This document shows, piece by piece, positions 17,937-25,757 of a DNA stretch of 64,000 nt. The position numbers were made by a program, and so were the translations under genes. The notes under the pieces were generated by a model, which saw only the letters and a program-made list of their open reading frames with translations, searched no databases and was not told the origin of the DNA. Origin of the DNA: Syntrophomonadaceae bacterium (GTDB taxonomy: Bacteria > Bacillota > Dethiobacteria > DTU022). The stretch covers positions 7,532 through 71,531 of the forward strand of contig PWGX01000017.1 in NCBI GenBank assembly GCA_003554615.1, written 5' to 3'. Positions within the stretch are counted from its first letter, which is position 1, and the number at the start of each line of letters is the position of its first letter.

Positions 17937-19898
17937 ATGTCCAAAGTATTTTTTAGCAGCTGGAATGGAAAATTAATTGACGAACGAAACAAGAAATCAG
18001 ATGAACGGATTGACCTGAGCCAGTTGGATGTCCCGCCTCAAATTGAAAGCGAAGATCTTAAAGCTTTCGTCGGCTGGGCGGGGCTAATGGTTTTTGATCC
18101 GGAAGTAAATGTAGTCGAATCGTTAAAAGAGTATTTCAGAAATGTCCAGCAGGACTCCTGCGGCCGCTGCATTCCCTGCCGTGCCGGCAGCCAGGTGATT
18201 GCCGACCGGCTGGAAAAGCTGATTGAAGGAAACGGCAGCAGGGAGGATCTGGCTTTTCTGAAGGAGATCAGCAAGCTGGTTAAGGACAGTTCGCTTTGTG
18301 AGCTTGGAATGTCTTCACCGGTTCCCCTTCTTCATGCTCTTGAGCATTTCGAAGATGATTTTTCCGCCTATTTGAATGAAGAACGGCCGCCGGCCGGAAA
18401 CGGCCTCACATACCGGCCGGTCTTGACGGCTCCCTGCCGCAACGGTTGTCCGGCTCATATCAATATTCCCGGGTATATCGAGTGTATCAAAGAGGGAGAT
18501 TACGAAGGAGCGCTGGCGATAAACCGTGAAAAAACACCTTTGGTAGGGACCCTGGGCCGTGTGTGTGTTCACCCCTGCGAATCAAACTGCAATCGGCAGC
18601 CCTATGACGAGTCCCTGTCAATCAGGTTGTTAAAACGGTTTGCAGCAGATTTTGGAGCCAGGAACAATTACGATCAGAAAGACCGCTATTCCAAACCCGG
18701 CCCTAATGCCGATAAAGTGGCGGTCATAGGCGCCGGCCCGGCCGGCTTGAATGCGGCCTACCAGCTGGCCCAAAAGGGTTACAAGGTCATAATATATGAG
18801 GCTCTGCCCGTAGCCGGCGGTATGCTGGCAGTGGGTATTCCCAGTTACCGCCTGCCCCGGGATATCCTTAATACCGAAATCGAACTGGTAGAAAGCCTGG
18901 GCGTGGAAATTAAGTACAATACCAAGATTGGCGAGGACATCCCCCTTGAAAAACTGTGGGATGAAGGTTTTAAGGCCATCTTTATCGCTAACGGCCTCCA
19001 TGAAAGCGCCAACATGGGCTGCCCGGGTGAAGATGCCGGTTACAGGGGCTTTATGCCCGGCGTGGAATACCTGCGCAAAGTCAATCTCGGCGAAAAAGTT
19101 GACATCGGCGACAAGGTAGCAGTAATCGGCGGCGGAAACGTGGCCATGGACTGTGCCCGTTCCGCGGTACGCCTCGGCGTTAAAGAAGTTAACCTGATTT
19201 ACCGCCGCAGCAGGGCGGAAATGCCCGCCAACAAGGCAGAAGTGGATGCGGCAGAGGAGGAAGGAATTAAATTCCACCTGCTTGCCAATCCCACCTCCAT
19301 TCTGGAAGAAGCAAGTTGTGTCAGCGGCCTGCAGTGTATCAAAATGAAGCTGGGAGAGCCCGACGAAAGCGGCAGGCGCAGGCCTGAACCGATCGAAGGG
19401 TCCGATTTTGTGTTGGAAGTGGACACAGTAATTCCCGCTATCGGGCAGGTTGCTGATTTTTGTTATATAACCCCGGAATGCGGTTTTGAACCTACACAAA
19501 AAGGAACCATCCAAACTGATCCCGCCACGATGGAAACCGATCAGCCGGGTGTATTTGCCGGTGGTGACGTTGTCCTTGGCGCTGCTACGGTGATCGAGGC
19601 TATTGCATCAGCCAACCGGGCCGCAGAAGCAATTGACAACTACATCCGGACCGGCAAGAGCAAGCCGAATTCTCAGGTAGTTAAAGAGCAGCATGTTGAA
19701 AAAATGGGTGTTTATAAGGAAGAAGTAGTACCGGAAATGGTCGGTGGAAGAACCCGCCTGGAAGAAGAAGCCTGTCCGGTCGAAATCAGGGTTAAAGGTT
19801 TCGGCGAAGCGGAACTGGGCTTTAAAAATCCATCTGAAGTGATCGACGAAGCGGAACGCTGCATTAAGTGTTTACGCTTGGGTCTGGCCATTTCATAA
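17937..19898 (+). CDS. NAD(P)H oxidoreductase: NuoF-type 4Fe-4S domain fused to GltD-like FAD/NAD(P) module (SfrB-like)
   Basis: The N-terminal segment DSCGRCIPCR..SLCELG is a NuoF C-terminal Fe-S motif. The central Cys cluster and the GAGPAGL and GGGNVAMDCA Rossmann motifs are typical of glutamate synthase small-subunit homologs. Confidence 0.8.
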   Translation: MSKVFFSSWNGKLIDERNKKSDERIDLSQLDVPPQIESEDLKAFVGWAGLMVFDPEVNVVESLKEYFRNVQQDSCGRCIPCRAGSQVIADRLEKLIEGNGSREDLAFLKEISKLVKDSSLCELGMSSPVPLLHALEHFEDDFSAYLNEERPPAGNGLTYRPVLTAPCRNGCPAHINIPGYIECIKEGDYEGALAINREKTPLVGTLGRVCVHPCESNCNRQPYDESLSIRLLKRFAADFGARNNYDQKDRYSKPGPNADKVAVIGAGPAGLNAAYQLAQKGYKVIIYEALPVAGGMLAVGIPSYRLPRDILNTEIELVESLGVEIKYNTKIGEDIPLEKLWDEGFKAIFIANGLHESANMGCPGEDAGYRGFMPGVEYLRKVNLGEKVDIGDKVAVIGGGNVAMDCARSAVRLGVKEVNLIYRRSRAEMPANKAEVDAAEEEGIKFHLLANPTSILEEASCVSGLQCIKMKLGEPDESGRRRPEPIEGSDFVLEVDTVIPAIGQVADFCYITPECGFEPTQKGTIQTDPATMETDQPGVFAGGDVVLGAATVIEAIASANRAAEAIDNYIRTGKSKPNSQVVKEQHVEKMGVYKEEVVPEMVGGRTRLEEEACPVEIRVKGFGEAELGFKNPSEVIDEAERCIKCLRLGLAIS

Positions 19899-19914
19899 CC
19901 GAGGGGAGGGTATA

Positions 19915-21942
19915 ATGATGAAAACAGTAAACTTACAAATTAATAGCAAGAAAGTATTTGCTGAAGAGGGCACGACTATTCTGGAGGCGGCCCGGCAGAA
20001 CGGAATCGACATTCCCACTCTTTGCTACCACCCCCGGTTGGCACCGCTTGGCCATTGCCGTGTCTGTATTGTTGATGTTCAGGGCTTCGACAAGCCGATC
20101 ACATCCTGCGACAATCCGGTTGCCGAGGGAATGGTAGTTGAAACCACAACACCGGAAATCCAGGAAATGCGCGATCAGATCCTGGTCCTTTCTTTAGCGA
20201 CACATCCGTACAAAGACTGCCTGACCTGTGAGCGGACCGGAACCTGTGAACTGCAGGAAAAAGCCTATCAATTTAAAGTTGAACTTCCCGAACAGCTTGA
20301 ACGGGAAGTTCCTGCCGAAAAAGCGGAAGACAATCCGTACATAGTTCGTGATGAGGAAAAATGTATCCTCTGCGGCCGCTGTGTGCGGGTATGCCGGACC
20401 GGCCCCGGGTGCTATGTTTATGAATTAGTTGGCAACGGGGTTAATACCAGGGTGGTGCCCTACAAAGACGGCAAAGAAGTATCCATGGAAGAAGCAGGTT
20501 GTATTTTTTGCGGGCAGTGTGTTGATGTCTGCCCCGTAGCCGCCCTGACCGAAACAGGAAGGGCAGCCGCAGGAAGAGAATGGGAACTGTCCCATATTCC
20601 CGGGGTTTGCGTGGAATGCTCGATTGGATGTTTCCTCGAAAGGCAGGCATCAGGCGACGACCTGATCAAGGTCACCGTTCCTGCCGAGGGGGAAAAAGTG
20701 AGCTGGATCTGCCAGAAAGGCAAGTTTGGCGTCCACAGGCCGGAACCGGATCCCGTGGAAGCACCGCTGCAGCTTGAAGGCAGTGATTACAAAGAAGTTG
20801 CTTACGATGAAGCCGTAAAAGAAACGGCCCGGACCCTCCTTGATATTAAGGAAAAATCAGGACCGGGTGCTGTGGCCGTAATGGCTTCCGGCAAGCAGAG
20901 CAATGAAGAAAGTTACCTGCTGCAAAAACTGGCCCGCTCGGTTTTAGGTACCGCCAATGTTGACCTGGGCGTTGAAAAAGCCTGGGGCCAGGCTTATCAG
21001 GGCCTGTATAAAATTATCGGGCCGGACGTCTGCGGACCTACCCCGGCCACCATGCAGGAGTGCGAAGCGATTATCGTGATCGGGTCGGGGCTGGAAGAAA
21101 GCCACCCGGTAGCCGCTTTTGCCGTCCAGCAGGCCGGACGTTTTGGCGATGCGGTAATAGTGCGCATCAGCGATAAAAAAGAGGAGCTTAAGAGCGCCTT
21201 TAAAGAGATCTGTGTCGAATACAAGCCCGGCTCCGAAACTGCTGTGCTGAAAGGACTCACTGCCGCCATGCGCGGGGATGATCTTTCAGGGCCGGCCAAA
21301 GAGGCGGGCGTTGCGGCCGAAGACTTGCAAAAAGCCGCAGAACAGGTGGCAAAAATGAGAAGCTGCACAGTGGTTGGTTCTTCATTTTTTGAAAACGCCG
21401 ATGATGCAGCTGTAGAAGCTCTGCTGGCCATGGCCAAAGCCGGAGGACAACTTGAATACGGCCGAAGTGACCTTCTGCTTCTGTCCCGGTACAGCAACGC
21501 TGCCGGCACTATCGTCCTGGGTGGATCGCCATCTTTCGGGCCCGGATTTGTGGCTCTTAACGGAGAAGCCGGTTTAAGCCGCGAAGAAGTTGCTTCTGCG
21601 GCTGTAAACGGCAAAGTCAAGGGCGCACTGGTTTTTGGAGACGGGTTCTCCGATTCAAAGCCGGGAGGTTTAGATTTTCTGGCTATTTCATGCATTAACC
21701 GCAGGGAAGTACCGGAGAAAAGCGACCTGGTTTTCCCCGCCCAGCCGCCGGAACGTAAAAATGGGACTTTCACCAATTCATCAGGAGAGATCTGCATCAA
21801 TAAAGCAGCTCTGGAAGGCGGGCCAGAATCGCCGCAGGACTGGAAATTAATCTGTGATCTGGCCGAAGCAATGGGTGAGAAATGGAATTATTCTTCCCTG
21901 GATGATGTCCGGGAGGAAATGCAGGGGTATATTCCCGGCTAA
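19915..21942 (+). CDS. NuoG/FdhA-N-terminal-like Fe-S protein with a degenerate molybdopterin domain (SfrA-like)
   Basis: The product has a 2Fe-2S ferredoxin N-terminus (CYHPRLAPLGHCRVC), two 4Fe-4S motifs (CILCGRCVRVC, CIFCGQCVDVC) and a MopB-type cluster (CVECSIGC...C). The catalytic Cys/Sec-His is missing and there is no C-terminal MGD-binding domain. Confidence 0.75.
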   Translation: MMKTVNLQINSKKVFAEEGTTILEAARQNGIDIPTLCYHPRLAPLGHCRVCIVDVQGFDKPITSCDNPVAEGMVVETTTPEIQEMRDQILVLSLATHPYKDCLTCERTGTCELQEKAYQFKVELPEQLEREVPAEKAEDNPYIVRDEEKCILCGRCVRVCRTGPGCYVYELVGNGVNTRVVPYKDGKEVSMEEAGCIFCGQCVDVCPVAALTETGRAAAGREWELSHIPGVCVECSIGCFLERQASGDDLIKVTVPAEGEKVSWICQKGKFGVHRPEPDPVEAPLQLEGSDYKEVAYDEAVKETARTLLDIKEKSGPGAVAVMASGKQSNEESYLLQKLARSVLGTANVDLGVEKAWGQAYQGLYKIIGPDVCGPTPATMQECEAIIVIGSGLEESHPVAAFAVQQAGRFGDAVIVRISDKKEELKSAFKEICVEYKPGSETAVLKGLTAAMRGDDLSGPAKEAGVAAEDLQKAAEQVAKMRSCTVVGSSFFENADDAAVEALLAMAKAGGQLEYGRSDLLLLSRYSNAAGTIVLGGSPSFGPGFVALNGEAGLSREEVASAAVNGKVKGALVFGDGFSDSKPGGLDFLAISCINRREVPEKSDLVFPAQPPERKNGTFTNSSGEICINKAALEGGPESPQDWKLICDLAEAMGEKWNYSSLDDVREEMQGYIPG

Positions 21943-21962
21943 CCGAACCTAATACCTGCCCG

Positions 21963-21981
21963 GGCTTTTTAATAAAAAGCC
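21963..21981 (+). terminator. AT-rich hairpin after the oxidoreductase pair (weak terminator candidate)
   Basis: GGCTTTTT-AAT-AAAAAGCC forms an 8-bp stem with a 3-nt loop. No separate T tract follows it. Confidence 0.3.
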
Positions 21982-22067
21982 TGAGTATAAACTGTAACCC
22001 GGGAGATTAAACAAAAAACAGTGCCCGGCTGTCGCTGTCTTATACATTAAAAAGATTCGGCGGCCGG

Positions 22068-23315
22068 GTGCTGCCTTTAAATGATATGAACAAACAACTG
22101 CCGCTGTTCACAGTTTCCGAGATAAACCGTTATGTGAAAGGTTTGATTCGAAGCGATCCGCGCCTGCGCGACCTGTGGGTAACCGGTGAAATTTCTAATT
22201 TCAAACATCACCGCTCCGGTCATATGTACTTTACAGTAAAAGACAGTTCATCTGCCCTGCGCTGTGTTTTTTTTCGCCGGGACAACGTGCAATGCATTTT
22301 TCAGCCTACCGACGGTATGGAAGTAATCCTGCACGGCTACCTGTCGGTTTATGAGCCTGGCGGCCAGTACCAGCTGTATGTGCAGGAGATGCAGCCGGCC
22401 GGTATGGGTTCGCTTTATGTCGCCTTTGAGCAGTTGAAACAAAAACTGGAAGCAGAAGGCCTGTTCAAGTCGGAGCACAAAAAAAAGCTGCCGCGGATTC
22501 CCCGGAAAATCGGCCTGGTTACCTCACCCAGCGGTGCAGCCCTGCAGGATATAATTACCACGATTAAGAAACGCTTACCCTATGTCCAGCTACTGGTTGT
22601 TGAAAGCCTGGTTCAGGGGCCCGGAGCGGCAGCCGATCTAATCAGGGCCCTGGATATACTGAACAAAAAAGACGATATTGATCTGATTATTCTGACCCGG
22701 GGCGGAGGTTCACTGGAAGACCTGTGGCCTTTTAACGAAGAAAAGGTAGCCAGGGCCATTTTCAGGTCTTCAAAACCGGTTATATCCGCCGTTGGCCATG
22801 AAACCGACTTTACTATTGCCGATTTTACGGCGGATCTGCGGGCCCATACCCCTACAGAAGCAGCGGCTGCGGCAGTGCCCGTCTATGATGAACTGCTGGC
22901 AGAAAATGATCAACTGCGAAGCCGGGCCGGCCTGGCCCTAAAAAACCGGGTCCTGCAGGAAAAACAGCGGCTGGATCATATTGTAAGCGAACGGTTTTTC
23001 CGGCGCCCGCTGGAAAGGATCAAAACTGCAAAGAACTATTTGGAAGAGACTGAAACCAGGCTGAAACGGGAAATGATCCGTTATCTGCAGTTAAAAGGAA
23101 TCCAGCTGACAGCCCTTGTGGATAAATTGGAAAGCTACAGCCCGCTTAAGGTAATGAATCGCGGCTATACTTTTTGCCGGGATCAGGAAGGAAATATTAT
23201 CCGTTCTGTTAAAGATATACGCATCGGCCAGTTGTTGCAGCTGAGCTTGAAAGATGGCAGGGCGGATTGCCGGGCAGAAAAGGTTGAGGAGGACTGCATC
23301 GTTGACGAAGAATAA
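22068..23315 (+). CDS. xseA: Exodeoxyribonuclease VII large subunit
   Basis: The segments FTVSEINRYVKGLI..L..LWV.GEISNFK.H.SGHMYFT.KD and GRGGGS.EDLW.FN are typical XseA sequence. The start may be the ATG at 22086. Confidence 0.92.
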   Translation: MLPLNDMNKQLPLFTVSEINRYVKGLIRSDPRLRDLWVTGEISNFKHHRSGHMYFTVKDSSSALRCVFFRRDNVQCIFQPTDGMEVILHGYLSVYEPGGQYQLYVQEMQPAGMGSLYVAFEQLKQKLEAEGLFKSEHKKKLPRIPRKIGLVTSPSGAALQDIITTIKKRLPYVQLLVVESLVQGPGAAADLIRALDILNKKDDIDLIILTRGGGSLEDLWPFNEEKVARAIFRSSKPVISAVGHETDFTIADFTADLRAHTPTEAAAAAVPVYDELLAENDQLRSRAGLALKNRVLQEKQRLDHIVSERFFRRPLERIKTAKNYLEETETRLKREMIRYLQLKGIQLTALVDKLESYSPLKVMNRGYTFCRDQEGNIIRSVKDIRIGQLLQLSLKDGRADCRAEKVEEDCIVDEE

Positions 23316-23328
23316 GGATAACCGGAAA

Positions 23329-23583
23329 ATGGAAGAAATGACTTACGAGGAAGCAGTAAAAAAGCTCGAAGAAATCGTCAGCCGCCTGGAGAATGCTGAA
23401 ATACCTCTGGAAGAGTCCCTTTCCTCATTCCAGGAAGGGATTGCCCTTTCCAGGTACTGCCGGGAAAAACTGGCTGAAATAGAATACAAAGTCGAGTATT
23501 TGTTAAAGGAAGAACAACAGCAGTCCCTTGATTCGACAGGCAGCCCGGCGGAAGAAGATGATGATACCGGAGATGAATCATGA
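23329..23583 (+). CDS. xseB: Exodeoxyribonuclease VII small subunit
   Basis: I chose the ATG at 23329. The sequence YEEAVKKLEEIVSRLENAEIPLEESLSSFQEGIALSRYC matches XseB. Confidence 0.9.
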   Translation: MEEMTYEEAVKKLEEIVSRLENAEIPLEESLSSFQEGIALSRYCREKLAEIEYKVEYLLKEEQQQSLDSTGSPAEEDDDTGDES

Positions 23584-24464
23584 TCGAGATTGATCAATAC
23601 CTTGCTCAAAAAAAAGAGATTGTCAACAGGGCTTTAAAAGAATGCCTGCCTGATACCGGGCCAAAGGCGGTCAGGGAGGCGATGAGTTACAGCCTTGAAG
23701 CCGGAGGAAAGCGCCTGCGCCCGATCCTGACTCTGGCCGGTGCCGAAACCCTAAGCTGTGATGATCATGATGTAATCGATGTGGCCTGTGCCCTGGAGCT
23801 GGTCCACACCTATTCCCTGATCCATGATGATCTACCGGCCATGGACGACAGTGATTTGAGGCGGGGAAAGCCAACCTGCCACAAAGTATACGGGGATGCC
23901 GTTGCAGTGCTGGCCGGAGATGCCCTCCTGACCCTTGCTTTTGAGCTGTTATCCCGCTACGGTTTGAAACCCGGACGGGCGGAAAAAGCGGCGCGGATCG
24001 GCTCCGAGCTCGGCAAAGCGGCCGGGGTAACCGGCATGATCGGAGGTCAGGTCCTTGACCTGGAGGCAGAGGGACGTGATTTGACTCTTCTGGAAATTGA
24101 AACATTATCGGCCATGAAAACAGGAGCACTGCTGAAAGCTTCTGTTATTTGCGGGGCTATAGCAGCCGATGCCGGCAGCAAGGAGCTGGAGCTGCTGGAC
24201 CGGTATGCTTCAAAGATTGGGACCGCTTTTCAGATCATTGACGATCTCCTGGATGTGGAAAGCTCAGCCGAAGCGCTGGGCAAACCTACGGGGGCAGACC
24301 AGGACCGCTTTAAGCCTACTTTTCCGGCCGTGCTGGGTCCAGATGAGGCCAGATCCAGGGCAGAAAGCCTTTATAACGAAGCAATTATGGCTTTAACAGA
24401 TTTAAACCGGCCGGTGGAGCTTTTAACCGGACTGGCAAAAAAAATGGTCTTCAGAAGTAAATAA
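23580..24464 (+). CDS. ispA: (2E,6E)-farnesyl/geranylgeranyl diphosphate synthase
   Basis: The FARM motif LIHDDLPAMDDSDLRRGK and the SARM motif FQIIDDLLD are both present. The ATG overlaps the xseB stop. Confidence 0.92.
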   Translation: MIEIDQYLAQKKEIVNRALKECLPDTGPKAVREAMSYSLEAGGKRLRPILTLAGAETLSCDDHDVIDVACALELVHTYSLIHDDLPAMDDSDLRRGKPTCHKVYGDAVAVLAGDALLTLAFELLSRYGLKPGRAEKAARIGSELGKAAGVTGMIGGQVLDLEAEGRDLTLLEIETLSAMKTGALLKASVICGAIAADAGSKELELLDRYASKIGTAFQIIDDLLDVESSAEALGKPTGADQDRFKPTFPAVLGPDEARSRAESLYNEAIMALTDLNRPVELLTGLAKKMVFRSK

Positions 24465-24553
24465 CTCCAGGGGCTATAAAATAACGGCAACCGTGCTGGG
24501 GGAGAAGACCGTTATAGTCTGCAAGATGTAGAAAAAACTATAAAGCTGACCCG

Positions 24554-24582
24554 TTGTCTGCATACGGAGGTTGTGCTATGAT
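24554..24582 (+). promoter_or_regulatory. Candidate promoter immediately upstream of the structured RNA (TTGTCT-17 nt-TGcTATGAT)
   Basis: TTGTCT lies at 24554-24559 and the extended -10 TGcTATGAT at 24574-24582. The predicted TSS is near 24590, a few nt before the terminal helix. Confidence 0.45.
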
Positions 24583-24589
24583 ATAGTCC

Positions 24590-25155
24590 TGAAGCATGCA
24601 TAAGTGGTGCAGTATTCTAGTTGGCGCCCCTTCCCGAAAACGGGCCTAAAAATCCGTTAAGGGCACATCGATGAAGTTCCTGGTGGCGGCTGCCGAAGCC
24701 CAGTTGGGAGCTGCTGCTGGGAGTTAAGAAGGACGGGGCGATCTACAAAGGCATGTAGGCGTTGACCCTGCCTTCGTGGAGACCCAATGTTCGTGGCGGA
24801 TTGTTGAGAAACAAAAGGCTACGGCTTGGGAAGAACCTGTATGCGGTAAGAAGCTGTGTACAGTGTAGCCTGCCTTGAGTGGAAAGGGTAGAGGAGTAAA
24901 ACTCTGAAACCCTTTCTGCAAAAGAGGCTAGGGGAGATCAGGCGCCAGAGTGGAAATCTCCTAGACTGCTCTCGTAAGAGAAGTAAGCCAGGGATTAAAG
25001 TGTGAGCTAAGTGGTAATCCAGCTCCGTTTGTGGCGACACGATGGGGATAGTCTTAAAAGGGAACTGCCTGACAGGCGACTGCAGGTGACTATCCGGGAA
25101 AACCTGCTGGACCTAAGCCGCAAAGTTTACCTGGCTTGCTACCACTTATGCTTCT
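24590..25155 (+). ncRNA. ole: OLE (ornate, large, extremophilic) RNA; boundaries approximate
   Basis: The 711-bp gap between ispA and the oapA-like gene has no + strand ORF of 60 aa or more. An 11-bp terminal helix (24598-24608 pairing with 25141-25151) encloses about 554 nt with many internal helices, including a GNRA-capped hairpin. The gene order xseA-xseB-ispA-[RNA]-TM protein-dxs-tlyA-nadK-recN is the published OLE context. Confidence 0.85.
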
Positions 25156-25175
25156 TTGTACAAAGGTGATGGCTA

Positions 25176-25757
25176 TTGTCCAACAGTAAAAACCGAAGCA
25201 GAATCCGCTGGATCATTGTCATTTCTTTGTGGACATTTTTCCTGGCTGTGGCCCTCAGCTTTGTATCACATTATTTTTTGAACGAACTGCAGTCGATCGC
25301 GTTGTCTTTTGTGATCCTGCTGCTGGTAGTCATGCTGGGCATCGTTTTTGACCTGATCGGTACCGCGGCAGCCGCGGCTGACATAGCGCCGCTTAACGCC
25401 AAGGCGGCCCGAAGAGTTGCAGGCGCCAAATGCGGTGTCAACCTGGTTAAGAACGCCGAACGGGTAGCGACATTCTGCAACGACGTGGGCGGAGATATCA
25501 GTGGTATAATCAGCGGGACCCTGGTGACAGTAATCGTAATCAAGCTGGTGGTTACATTCTCACATCAGCAAGCTGAATTTTACCTGGGAATTTTGCTGGC
25601 CGCTTTTGTTGCAGCCCTTACAGTAGGCGGTAAAGCCTGGGGTAAAGTAATTGCCATTAATTATTCAACTGAAGTGATTTTACTGGTTGGATTGATGATT
25701 ACCAAATTGCAAAGGCCATTAAGCTGGTTCAGTAAGGGTGAGATAAACCAGAGGTGA
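25176..25757 (+). CDS. oapA: OLE-associated protein A (small polytopic membrane protein)
   Basis: The gene has a TTG start after the SD AAAGGTGA. The 193-aa product has 4-5 predicted TM helices. It lies directly 3' of the structured RNA with no recognisable terminator between them, and its stop overlaps the dxs start (GTGA). Confidence 0.8.
   Translation: MSNSKNRSRIRWIIVISLWTFFLAVALSFVSHYFLNELQSIALSFVILLLVVMLGIVFDLIGTAAAAADIAPLNAKAARRVAGAKCGVNLVKNAERVATFCNDVGGDISGIISGTLVTVIVIKLVVTFSHQQAEFYLGILLAAFVAALTVGGKAWGKVIAINYSTEVILLVGLMITKLQRPLSWFSKGEINQR

Noticed and set aside
19915-21942. This gene could be a formate dehydrogenase alpha subunit, possibly selenocysteine-containing.
   Set aside because: There is no in-frame TGA, no Cys/Sec-His pair at the expected position, and no C-terminal molybdopterin dinucleotide-binding domain. 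I called it an SfrA/NuoG-like electron-transfer subunit instead.
24724-25040. Two - strand ORFs (65 and 73 aa) lie inside the ispA-dxs gap.
   Set aside because: They are antisense to the operon, have no SD and show odd composition (Cys/Pro/Ser/Leu-rich). They overlap the helices of the structured RNA, so the region is better explained as OLE RNA.
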